A DNA stretch of 63,625 nucleotides from contig JARIDA010000013.1 in assembly GCA_029257065.1 (NCBI GenBank), forward strand, positions 1-63,625, read 5' to 3'. Positions 39,994 through 48,506 of the stretch are shown here, one piece after another (positions within the stretch are counted from its first letter, which is position 1; each line of letters begins with the position of its first letter). This DNA comes from Tissierellaceae bacterium. GTDB lineage: Bacteria; Bacillota; Clostridia; Tissierellales; Tissierellaceae. Under the pieces are notes generated by a model. The model worked only from the letters and a program-made list of their open reading frames with translations. It did not search any database and was not told where the DNA came from. Both the position numbers and the translations under genes were made by a program.

Positions 39994-41400
39994 TTATGAG
40001 AATATGGATTTTATTTCTAAATATTCTTCGAATCCATATCTTCCACCTTCACGACCTATTCCTGAATATTTATATCCACCGAAAGGTGCCGCTTGAGTTC
40101 TTTTACCCTTATTTATTTTAACCGTACCTGTTTTCATCATTCTAGCAACTTCTTGAGCTTTTTTATCATTTCCATATACTGCTCCTGATAATCCATATGC
40201 ATTATCATTTGCTATTTTTATTGCATCTTCTAAATCTTCATAATATATTACTGATAATACTGGTCCGAAAATTTCTTCTCTTGCAATTTTCATATCATTT
40301 TCCACATCTACAAATACTACTGGACCAACATTGTATCCCTTACTATCCTCATTTGGTATTTCACCTATTAGTAACTTGGCTCCTTCTTCAATACCCTTTT
40401 CAATATAGGATTTCACCTTATCAAACTGAGCTTTTGAAGCTAATACTCCTACATTATTTTCTGATTCACTTGGATCTCCAAATTTATATTCTTTAGTCTT
40501 TTCAACTAATTTGGATTCTAACTCTGATTTCAAACTCCTTGGAACAATCATTCTGGTAAGAGCACTACAGGTCTGTCCTACATTAGAGTAAACTGATTCT
40601 AAAATAACACTTAAAGCTAAATCAATATCCGCATCTTCTAATAATATAGATGCTGATTTACCTCCTAACTCTAATATGGATTTTTTAACAGTATCCATTG
40701 CAATCTTACCAACCTCTTTACCTCCAGAAGTTGAACCTGTGAAAGATATTACTTGAACATCATCATGTCTAGCAATAATATTCCCAACTTCACTTCCTTT
40801 TCCAGTTACCAGATTGAAAACTCCCTTAGGGAATCCTGCATCATGAATTGCTTGAGCTAAATAATACGCAATTACTGGTGTAGTTTTACTAGGCTTCAAC
40901 ACCACTGTGTTTCCAGCAAGTAATGCTGGTACTATTTTCTTTGTAATTTGTCCTATTGGATAGTTCCAAGGTGTCAATGCACCTACAACTCCATAGGGCT
41001 CTCTTCTTACAATATATCCATCAAATTGTTCTTCATATTCATAATTCTTTGCAACTTCAATATAATTCTCTATATCTTCTATATATCCTAATATATGTCT
41101 GTCTAAAGCTCTGTCATAAACAGTTCCCAATTCCTTAACTATTACCTTGGCCATAGTATCTAAATTTCCATTTAATTTTTCAACAAATTTAGTCATTAAA
41201 TCTAATCGTTCTTCTAAATCTGTATATTGCCAAGTTTCAAATGCCTCTTTAGCGCTTTCAATAGCCATAAGGACATCTTTTTCATTAGATCTTGGAACTC
41301 TTTCAAAAATTTCTTTGTTTGCTGGATTTTCAACTTCTATCATTTCCTCTGTATCTGGTGTAATCCATTCACCATTAATATACAATTTTGTAAAATCCAT
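39994..41400 (-). CDS. NAD(P)-dependent aldehyde dehydrogenase family protein
   Basis: 468 aa. FTGSTSGGKEV, ELGGKSA, and the catalytic Cys in VGQTCSALTR. Confidence 0.9.
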   Translation of the reverse strand: MDFTKLYINGEWITPDTEEMIEVENPANKEIFERVPRSNEKDVLMAIESAKEAFETWQYTDLEERLDLMTKFVEKLNGNLDTMAKVIVKELGTVYDRALDRHILGYIEDIENYIEVAKNYEYEEQFDGYIVRREPYGVVGALTPWNYPIGQITKKIVPALLAGNTVVLKPSKTTPVIAYYLAQAIHDAGFPKGVFNLVTGKGSEVGNIIARHDDVQVISFTGSTSGGKEVGKIAMDTVKKSILELGGKSASILLEDADIDLALSVILESVYSNVGQTCSALTRMIVPRSLKSELESKLVEKTKEYKFGDPSESENNVGVLASKAQFDKVKSYIEKGIEEGAKLLIGEIPNEDSKGYNVGPVVFVDVENDMKIAREEIFGPVLSVIYYEDLEDAIKIANDNAYGLSGAVYGNDKKAQEVARMMKTGTVKINKGKRTQAAPFGGYKYSGIGREGGRYGFEEYLEIKSIFS

Positions 41401-41487
41401 AATTACCTCCCATAATAAACATTTAATATCTGTCTACAATATACATATACCCTAATCACAATTCTATTATCATCTTATTTAAAATAT

Positions 41488-41516
41488 AAAAAAACTAGCA
41501 AAATATTTTGCTAGTT
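41488..41516 (-). terminator. terminator after the TSCPD-like gene
   Basis: CTAGCAAAATATTTTGCTAG hairpin followed by TTTTTT on the minus strand. Confidence 0.75.
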
Positions 41517-41534
41517 TAATCAATATAATTTCTA

Positions 41535-41801
41535 TTATATTGCTCTTTTTATATTATTATTTAATTTATACTCTTTTAAAAGATTTGCCAATTGATCTGG
41601 ACAAGAAGTTTTTCTAATTCCACATTTAATTCCTTCTAATTTTTCTATAACTTGATCAATATCCATTCCAATAGATAAGCTAGATAAACCTTTTAGATTA
41701 CCATCACATCCACCTATGAATTTCAAGTCTTTTATCTTTCCATCTACTATTTTATATTTTATTTCACTAGAGCATACGCCTTTTGTCTTATATATATTCA
41801 T
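41535..41801 (-). CDS. TIGR03905-like 4-Cys small protein (TSCPD-type)
   Basis: 88 aa. KGVCSSEI...FIGGCDGNLKGLS...IKCGIRKTSCPDQLA pattern. Confidence 0.65.
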   Translation of the reverse strand: MNIYKTKGVCSSEIKYKIVDGKIKDLKFIGGCDGNLKGLSSLSIGMDIDQVIEKLEGIKCGIRKTSCPDQLANLLKEYKLNNNIKRAI

Positions 41802-41821
41802 ATAACCTCCATTGTCTTTTA

Positions 41822-43039
41822 TTAATTTAATTTTAATTCATCTTTTTTCTTTTTATTTTTAAACCAAAGAGTTAACACAATACCTATAATATTCATTCCT
41901 ATAGCTATTAAAAATGCCATACCATAATTACCATTATTAGATTCTTTTATTACTGCTGCTAATCTTGGTCCAAATATTGCTGCTATTCCATAAGCTGTAA
42001 ATACAAATCCATAATTTGAACCTGCATTTTTAGGTCCCCAAGTTTCTGCAGTAATTCCTGGAAATATCCCTAAGAATCCTCCGAAAGATAAAGCAATTGC
42101 CGCTATACCAATTACTGATAGAGTAGATCCTACAACTTTTGTCATATTCAATAATAATAATCCTATACCTGATGATACAAACATAATTACAGTAGTATTA
42201 TATCTTCCTATTTTATCTGATACAGTACCCCATACTATACGTCCTAATGTGTTTGCCAGTGCTACTATACTAACAACTGTAGCTGCTTTTCCTATTGTAA
42301 AGCCTATATGCTCATTTGCTATTGGAGACGCATGACCTATTATCATCATTCCACCAACACATCCCATTGTATATATAGCCCAAAGTATCCAAAAGTCTAC
42401 AGTTTTTATTATTTCTTTTGGCTTAAAATTAACTGTATCCTCAACTAATATTTTCTCTTTTGATTTATCTGAAACAGTTTTTGGAACAGATAATAAAAGT
42501 GAAGATCCTGCAATTATTACTCCTAAAGCTACTCCTAAAAATTTAAAAGTATGTAATACTCCCACTGTTCCTATTAGTTTAACTGCTATAGGTGCTAAAA
42601 TTATAGCTCCAGATCCAAATCCTGCAGCTGTTAATCCACCTGCTAAACCCTTCTTATCAGGGAACCATTTTACTGTTGTAGCTGTTGTACATCCATATGC
42701 CATTCCTATTCCAAAACCTAATATAAGTCCGTAAGTAATATAAAGAGTGGTAAGGGATTTTGTAAATCCTGTAAGAACCATTCCTAAACCAAACATTATT
42801 CCACCTGCAAATGTTATTTTTCTTGGTCCTTCTTTATCTTGCATTGGTCCAAATATCATCATTGAAATTGGAACCATGGCAAAAGAAATACTAAATGCTA
42901 ATGAAGCTTGAGCTGTTGTCCAACCAAATTGTTCCATTAGCGGTGCTTGAAATACACTCCATGCATATCCTGCACCTAAACATAAATTAATAATAATACA
43001 TGCTACTAAAATCAACCAACGGTTTACTTTAGTTTCCAT
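41822..43039 (-). CDS. MFS transporter (oxalate/formate antiporter-like subfamily)
   Basis: 405 aa, 12 TM. RWLILVACIIINLCLGAGYAWSVFQAPL N-terminus typical of OFA-like MFS proteins. Confidence 0.8.
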   Translation of the reverse strand: METKVNRWLILVACIIINLCLGAGYAWSVFQAPLMEQFGWTTAQASLAFSISFAMVPISMMIFGPMQDKEGPRKITFAGGIMFGLGMVLTGFTKSLTTLYITYGLILGFGIGMAYGCTTATTVKWFPDKKGLAGGLTAAGFGSGAIILAPIAVKLIGTVGVLHTFKFLGVALGVIIAGSSLLLSVPKTVSDKSKEKILVEDTVNFKPKEIIKTVDFWILWAIYTMGCVGGMMIIGHASPIANEHIGFTIGKAATVVSIVALANTLGRIVWGTVSDKIGRYNTTVIMFVSSGIGLLLLNMTKVVGSTLSVIGIAAIALSFGGFLGIFPGITAETWGPKNAGSNYGFVFTAYGIAAIFGPRLAAVIKESNNGNYGMAFLIAIGMNIIGIVLTLWFKNKKKKDELKLN

Positions 43040-43066
43040 AATATCATCTCCTTTTCAAATTAAGTT

Positions 43067-43085
43067 CCATTAATTCAATTAATGG
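43067..43085. promoter_or_regulatory. perfect 9-1-9 palindrome (candidate operator) just downstream of the MFS promoter
   Basis: CCATTAATT-C-AATTAATGG, 6 nt downstream of the -10 hexamer. Confidence 0.4.
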
Positions 43086-43091
43086 AGTTCA

Positions 43092-43120
43092 ATTATACTA
43101 TGGAGATTTTTCTATGTCAA
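43092..43120 (-). promoter_or_regulatory. consensus sigma-A promoter for the MFS transporter gene
   Basis: Minus strand TTGACA (43120..43115), 17-nt spacer, TATAAT (43097..43092). Confidence 0.6.
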
Positions 43121-43848
43121 TTTATAAAATTCTTTACTCTTAAATTATTGTTTTTAAATTGATTTTTCTTATTCAGAGTTTCTATTATTTTACCATTATC
43201 CAAGAAAAGTATCTCATCAGATATTTTTCTTGCAAAATTCATATCATGACTAATAACTAATATACCTATACCAGTTTCACTAAGATCTTTAATAATCTGT
43301 TGTATTTCACCTATATTTTCAGGATCCAATGCTGAAGTTGGCTCGTCTAGACAAATCAATAAAGGTTCTAATATAATTGCTCTTGCAATAGCAACCCTTT
43401 GCATTTCTCCACCTGAAAGTTCATAGGGATACATATTTTCTTTTGAGTATAATCTTAATTTCTTTAGTATTTCTCTTGCTTTTTCTATAACAAAAGATTT
43501 TTCACCACCTAATATATTAACCGGAGATTCTATTATATTCTCCAATACAGTCATATGCGGAAATAAATTATAATCTTGAAACACTAGCCCTATTTTCCTT
43601 TTTAATGTCTTGTCCTTACTTTCAAGTATTTTACCATTTTGATCTTGATATAAATATTCATTTCCCACAATAATATTTCCATTGTCCAATTTTTCCAATG
43701 AATTAATAATTCTAATTATAGTTGTTTTACCTGCCCCAGATGGACCTATTATTGTTTTTATTTCTCCTTCTTTCATGGAAAAATCTATGCCTTTTAAAAT
43801 TTCTTTTCCATTAAATTTCTTTTTTATATTTTTCACTTGTAACAACAT
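43117..43848 (-). CDS. amino acid ABC transporter ATP-binding protein
   Basis: Walker A GPSGAGKTT, signature LSGGEMQRVAIARA, Walker B LLICLDEPTSALD. Start at the ATG at 43848 (RBS AGAGGTGGA). Confidence 0.93.
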   Translation of the reverse strand: MLLQVKNIKKKFNGKEILKGIDFSMKEGEIKTIIGPSGAGKTTIIRIINSLEKLDNGNIIVGNEYLYQDQNGKILESKDKTLKRKIGLVFQDYNLFPHMTVLENIIESPVNILGGEKSFVIEKAREILKKLRLYSKENMYPYELSGGEMQRVAIARAIILEPLLICLDEPTSALDPENIGEIQQIIKDLSETGIGILVISHDMNFARKISDEILFLDNGKIIETLNKKNQFKNNNLRVKNFIN

Positions 43849-43858
43849 AAATCCACCT

Positions 43859-44512
43859 CTATTCATAATAATTTTGTTTAGATTCTAATTTATCGAAAAT
43901 TACAGTTAAAGTTCCAGTTAGGATTAAATAGATGACTCCAACTAAAAGCAAAGGAATTAGAGAAACATCTCTATTGGATGCTATTTTACCTGCTCTTAAC
44001 AATTCTCCTAATCCAACAATATATACCAATGAGGTATCCTTTATTAAAGTTATTACCTCATTGGTTAGTGCAGGCAATATTCTCTTTATTGTTTGAGGCA
44101 GTATAATTCGTTTAAAAGTTTCATATTCACTAAAACCCAATACTTGTGCTGCTTCATATTGACCTTTATCTATTGAATTTATTCCAGCTCTAAATATTTC
44201 TCCAAAATAGGCTCCATAATTTAAAACAAAAGCCAATATTACTGCCAAAAACCTATCTAAACTTATATTTACAACTGGTAATCCAAAGAATATAAATACA
44301 ATTTGCAACATCAGAGGAGTTCCTCTCATAATCCAAATATATAAGCCTACTGTTTTGGATACTATCTTTATCCTACTATTTCTAAGTAGTGCCAAAACAA
44401 TTCCAAAGGGAATTGATAATAATAATGTTATAAGAAAAATCTTTAATGTCATAGATACTCCAATTATCATAGCTGGTAATAATTCAATAATATAATTAAC
44501 AAATTTCAACAA
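43859..44512 (-). CDS. amino acid ABC transporter permease (HisM/HisQ-type)
   Basis: About 217 aa. EAA-like loop (EAAQVLGFSEYETFKRIILPQ). The start is uncertain: TTG at 44512 (preferred) or GTG at 44521. Confidence 0.9.
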   Translation of the reverse strand: MLKFVNYIIELLPAMIIGVSMTLKIFLITLLLSIPFGIVLALLRNSRIKIVSKTVGLYIWIMRGTPLMLQIVFIFFGLPVVNISLDRFLAVILAFVLNYGAYFGEIFRAGINSIDKGQYEAAQVLGFSEYETFKRIILPQTIKRILPALTNEVITLIKDTSLVYIVGLGELLRAGKIASNRDVSLIPLLLVGVIYLILTGTLTVIFDKLESKQNYYE

Positions 44513-44542
44513 ATATACCACCTCCTCTTTATAAAATTTATC

Positions 44543-45322
44543 CTAATTAAACCATTTCTGGTAAATTGAATCATAAGTTCCATCTTCTCTCATATCATCC
44601 AGAACTTTATTTACCTTTTCCAATAACTCTTCATCTTCTTTTCTAAATCCTATACCATATTCTTCTTTTCCAAAATCCTCTTCTAACACTCTATAGTCAT
44701 CTGCATTTTTTTGCTTAATATAATATCTTGCCAATACTTCATCTGCAACAACCACATCTGATCTTCCAGCTTCTAAATCTAAAAATGCTTCGTGATTTGT
44801 ATCAAATAATATTGGTTCACCATTTTCAAAAGTCTCTACTATTTCAGGTTCTTTATTTATAGCTTCCAGTGTACTAGATCCATTTTGTACAGCTACTTTT
44901 TTACCATTTAAATCTTCCTTTTCAAATATATTTGTATCACTTAAAGTAACTATTATTTGCTTGTTTTCTAAATATGCTTGTGAAAAGTTTACTTTTTCTT
45001 TTCTCTTATCTGTTATTGAATATCCATTCCAAATCATATCAATATTCTTTGAACTAAGTTCTGTTTCCTTCATAGACCAGTCAATAGCTTGTAATTCGTA
45101 ATCTACATCCATTCTTTTAAAAACCTCTTTTGCTAAATCAACATCAAAACCTATTATTTCTCCTTGCTTATCTCTAAATCCCATAGGTGCAAAAGTATCA
45201 TCCATCCCCATAATTAATTTAGAGATATCTAAAGAATCTTCTCCAATATTCTCATTTGAACATCCTGTAATTACGAGTAAAACACCTAATATCATTAATA
45301 AAAACACTTTTACCTTTTTCAC
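44543..45322 (-). CDS. amino acid ABC transporter substrate-binding lipoprotein
   Basis: Signal peptide with lipobox LVITGC, then a family-3 SBP pattern (GFDVDLAKEV, WNGYSIT). The start is ambiguous: GTG at 45322 or 45331. Confidence 0.9.
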   Translation of the reverse strand: MKKVKVFLLMILGVLLVITGCSNENIGEDSLDISKLIMGMDDTFAPMGFRDKQGEIIGFDVDLAKEVFKRMDVDYELQAIDWSMKETELSSKNIDMIWNGYSITDKRKEKVNFSQAYLENKQIIVTLSDTNIFEKEDLNGKKVAVQNGSSTLEAINKEPEIVETFENGEPILFDTNHEAFLDLEAGRSDVVVADEVLARYYIKQKNADDYRVLEEDFGKEEYGIGFRKEDEELLEKVNKVLDDMREDGTYDSIYQKWFN

Positions 45323-45352
45323 TTTTACCACTCCTTTTTTAATTTTAGAAAT

Positions 45353-45665
45353 AAAAAAACTCTCGCCTCTAGCCTTAGCTAGAGAACGAGAGTTATACTC
45401 CGTGGTCCCATCTCCAATTTATTAATACTTTACAATATTAACCTTATCAAGTACGACAAATCTTTTGATTTGTTTATACTCTAGCATGGTAACGGATGCA
45501 GGAAACCGTAAGCATCTAATAACTATTAATAGTTTTCAATACTTAGCTCTAAGATGTGTTCAAAATATATTTAGTGTTCCCTTCTCACCAACTGGAAACT
45601 CTCTGAGACTAAATTAATATTTCTACTATTTCTTATCAAAGCTTTATCTCTTTATTTTCTTATTA
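45353..45665 (-). promoter_or_regulatory. T-box leader upstream of the ABC transporter operon; specifier context GAA-CAC-A (His)
   Basis: Minus strand has AGTAGAAAT, a TTTAGT/ACTAAA stem, AGAGAGTTTCCAGTTGGTGAGAAGGGAAC, GAACACATCTTAGAGCTAAGTA, the T-box-like core GGAGATGGGACCACGGAG, and a terminator CTCTCGTTCTCTAGC/GCTAGAGGCGAGAG followed by TTTTTTT. Confidence 0.75.
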
Positions 45666-45671
45666 ATTTGT

Positions 45672-45700
45672 ATCATACCTTTTTTAAAATATATTGTCAA
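45672..45700 (-). promoter_or_regulatory. sigma-A type promoter for the His-type T-box leader
   Basis: Minus strand TTGACA (45700..45695), 17-nt spacer, TATGAT (45677..45672). Confidence 0.55.
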
Positions 45701-45713
45701 TAGTTTTTTTGTT

Positions 45714-46145
45714 TTATTGAATATAATCTCTTTCAATTGCATTTTCTCTATCCTGATTAGGAGTGATCCAATAAAGAGTAATTCCTAAATAACTCTCTCT
45801 TTCTGCAAATTCTTCAGCAAATATTTCTCCATATTCATCTATAATCTTTTCAACTTCTCCCTCATCCTCATTGTCTAAATAGAGATAAAAGTCTGCATTA
45901 TTTATCTTTTTAATATTGTCAATTTCAGTATTTATCTTGAAATCTTCTAATCTCACATTTTCAAAATTTTCCTGAATTATATAGTCAGCTAATCTAGCTC
46001 CTCTTACTTTAGTCTCCATCTCTTCATCCACTTCAAATTCTTCTTCTACAATCCCATCCTCTTTTTCCTCTACTCCGGATTCACATCCTATAGTAAATAC
46101 TATAGTTAAAGCCAAAAAAATACTAAGTATATATCTTTTTCTCAC
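45714..46145 (-). CDS. putative lipoprotein, function unknown
   Basis: 143 aa. Signal peptide with lipobox FTIGC, then a very acidic mature protein. Confidence 0.55.
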   Translation of the reverse strand: MRKRYILSIFLALTIVFTIGCESGVEEKEDGIVEEEFEVDEEMETKVRGARLADYIIQENFENVRLEDFKINTEIDNIKKINNADFYLYLDNEDEGEVEKIIDEYGEIFAEEFAERESYLGITLYWITPNQDRENAIERDYIQ

Positions 46146-46174
46146 AATATCTCTCCCTATTATCTAATTTAACA

Positions 46175-46561
46175 TTAAAAAGTTATTTTACTATCCCACT
46201 CTTCTATTTGTCTATGATCTGCACTTACATTTACAAGAGTTAGATTATTGAATTGTTTTAATTTTCTCCTTGTCACTTTAGCCAATTTAATTGCCTCTTG
46301 ATTTTTAGGCATAGATGTCTCCTCCAATAGTGAATATGTTGAACCATCATTTATTATTAATTCTATTTTCTCTTGTTTAAATTTAGCTAATTCTTTTAAA
46401 GTTTTCTGTATAGCTAATTGAGTAACTAATATAGGTTTTTTATAATCCTCATAAAAAGATTCTCTACCAATCAACTCATCCTCTTTATATATACTATATC
46501 TTATTTCTATATCCTCACCTTCATACAAACTCTCTATTCCCACCACATATGCTTTTATCAT
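46175..46561 (-). CDS. hypothetical protein, possibly a degenerate RNase H-like (RVT_3-like) fold
   Basis: 128 aa with strong RBS TAGGAGGA. The block order MIKAYVVG..., LVTQLAIQKTLKEL, IELIINDGS, NVSADHRQ resembles small RNase H-like proteins, but the first acidic residues are not conserved. Confidence 0.3.
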   Translation of the reverse strand: MIKAYVVGIESLYEGEDIEIRYSIYKEDELIGRESFYEDYKKPILVTQLAIQKTLKELAKFKQEKIELIINDGSTYSLLEETSMPKNQEAIKLAKVTRRKLKQFNNLTLVNVSADHRQIEEWDSKITF

Positions 46562-46629
46562 TTAATTCCTCCTATTTATACTTCTAATGGATATTATAAC
46601 ATATATTAGAATTGAATATTAATACAAAA

Positions 46630-46660
46630 ATAAAAAATCATCATAATATCATGATGATTT
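46630..46660 (-). terminator. terminator after the EamA-like gene
   Basis: AAATCATCAT...ATGATGATTT hairpin followed by a T-run on the minus strand. Confidence 0.7.
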
Positions 46661-46671
46661 CAAATCTACTT

Positions 46672-47574
46672 CTATTCAAAAAATCCTAATATAAATACTC
46701 CAATAGTTATCATTACTATTGTTATATATTGTTTTTTAGTAAGTTTTTCTTTCAACCAAATTCTTCCAAATATAGCAGCCACTATCCCATCTACTGACAT
46801 TAATGGTGCTGCCACCACAGAATTTCCACTTAATGCATACACATAAAAAAACTGTCCTGCTGTTTCAAATATGCCTCCTAATACATTAAATCTTTCATTT
46901 TTCAAAATATATTTTTCTTTTTTAATAAAGACTAAATATATAAAACATACTAAGGCCACAATAAAAAAAGTCAATTCAAAAGAGATTAAAGCCTCTTCTG
47001 GTGAAAGTATTCTACTCATATATACATCATCTAAAAAAGTTGCAAATGCATCTACTAATGCATAGGTTATAGGAAAGATCAAAGCTTTTGCACCTATACT
47101 TGCTTTTTCTTCTGTTAAGGCCTGTCCCTTTTTTTCTCTATTAGCATCTCTGCCTTCTAAAATAGCTAATAATAATAATCCAGCAGTAATAAGACTCACC
47201 GCTATAAATTGTGTCTTAGTCATAGTTTTTCCTAAAAACTTATAGGATAAAAGTCCGGCCATTGCACCAGATGTACTGGCCACTGGAGATCCTACTGATA
47301 TTTGTAGATATCTATATCCATAGAAATCCACTGCCATGGAAAAGATATATAAAAATGATACGGGAAAATATATTAAATTTGTTCTTATACTATAATTCCA
47401 ATCTAATTTTATTAACTCTACTATTGCTTGCATTCCCATAATAAACCCTATCATAATTATTATTCTTAAATGACTATAAGTATCTTCAGGATCAACACCC
47501 CTTTTAAAACTAACATCTGATAGTCCCCAGAAAAGTGTTGCTAATAAAGCCAAACCTAACCAAGTTAACTGCAT
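46672..47574 (-). CDS. DMT/EamA-like transporter
   Basis: About 300 aa, 10 TM. LATLFWGLSDV N-terminus. Start at the ATG at 47574 (RBS AAAGGGTGA). Confidence 0.7.
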   Translation of the reverse strand: MQLTWLGLALLATLFWGLSDVSFKRGVDPEDTYSHLRIIIMIGFIMGMQAIVELIKLDWNYSIRTNLIYFPVSFLYIFSMAVDFYGYRYLQISVGSPVASTSGAMAGLLSYKFLGKTMTKTQFIAVSLITAGLLLLAILEGRDANREKKGQALTEEKASIGAKALIFPITYALVDAFATFLDDVYMSRILSPEEALISFELTFFIVALVCFIYLVFIKKEKYILKNERFNVLGGIFETAGQFFYVYALSGNSVVAAPLMSVDGIVAAIFGRIWLKEKLTKKQYITIVMITIGVFILGFFE

Positions 47575-47680
47575 AATTCTCACCCTTTCTTATTTTATAT
47601 TCACAATTTCTAATTATATCATAATATAAAATAAATAAATCTCTTTTTTCTGGGTTTGAATTATAATAAATTGGTCTTGA

Positions 47681-47917
47681 TTATTTTACATTTTCCTTTA
47701 ACCAATCTACAATATCCCTTGACTCATACATTCCTTTTTCACCGTCTATTAATAGCATTGGTACTTGCATCTTCCCACCTTTTTCCATAATAGTCATTTG
47801 ACCTTTCCTATCAAAAGTCACATCTACTATTTCCACATCTAAATTATTTTCATCCAGATAATCAGTAACAATATGACAATACATACAACTCTTAGTAACA
47901 TATAATTTTAAGTCCAT
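47681..47917 (-). CDS. glutaredoxin/NrdH-like small thioredoxin-fold protein
   Basis: 78 aa. CxxC (TKSCMYCH) near the N-terminus and a later QVPMLLIDGE block. Confidence 0.6.
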   Translation of the reverse strand: MDLKLYVTKSCMYCHIVTDYLDENNLDVEIVDVTFDRKGQMTIMEKGGKMQVPMLLIDGEKGMYESRDIVDWLKENVK

Positions 47918-48063
47918 TTAATATACCCCCTTATAGTTATTGTCTTAATTATACAACAAATTAACAAAAGTTCAAATTAAGCTTTTTAAAAACTTAATTT
48001 CATACTTGTTTATTAAAATATTTCCAGGGTAACTATAAAATATACAAATTTAGGAGGATGATT

Positions 48064-48435
48064 ATGAATAATATTGATTTTTTAATAACATTAACAAAAC
48101 ATGAAAATGATGCAAACAATGTTACAATTGCTTTTGCCATGGGAGTTCAAGCTTTAGATAAAGGACAAGATACTGAGATACTTCTTTTATCAGATGGTGT
48201 TCATCTAGCTTCAAAAGGGTATGCTGAAACCATAGATATAGGGGCACCTTTTCCACCAGTTGGAGATCTTGTGCCACAATTTTTAGAAAAAGGTGGAAGA
48301 ATAAAAGTTTGTTCAGCATGTATGCAACATAATGGTGTTTTAGAAGAAAACTTATTAGACGGTGTGGAAATTGTTCAAGCTGACTATGTAGTAGATGCTA
48401 TAATAGCAGCTAAGAAAAGTTTACAACTCAACTAA
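48064..48435 (+). CDS. DsrE/DsrF-like family protein
   Basis: About 123 aa. Alpha/beta pattern with ITLTKHENDANNVTIAFAMG and KVCSACMQHNG. Start at the ATG at 48064 (GGAGG, 6-nt spacer). Confidence 0.5.
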   Translation: MNNIDFLITLTKHENDANNVTIAFAMGVQALDKGQDTEILLLSDGVHLASKGYAETIDIGAPFPPVGDLVPQFLEKGGRIKVCSACMQHNGVLEENLLDGVEIVQADYVVDAIIAAKKSLQLN

Positions 48436-48473
48436 TATAAAAAATCGTTGTAGAATTATTAGCTAATAAATAA

Positions 48474-48506
48474 AAAAATGTTTACTCTTTTGAGTAAACA
48501 TTTTTT
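48474..48506. terminator. bidirectional terminator (ends the transporter/paralog operon and the DsrE-like gene)
   Basis: AAAAAATGTTTACTC-TTT-GAGTAAACATTTTTT. Confidence 0.8.

Noticed and set aside
39465-48435. Possible selenocysteine (in-frame TGA) in the redox proteins Tpx, glutaredoxin-like and DsrE-like, and also the rhodanese at 54112..54480
   Set aside because: All four have uninterrupted ORFs with Cys at the expected redox positions. None has a truncated ORF followed by an in-frame continuation.
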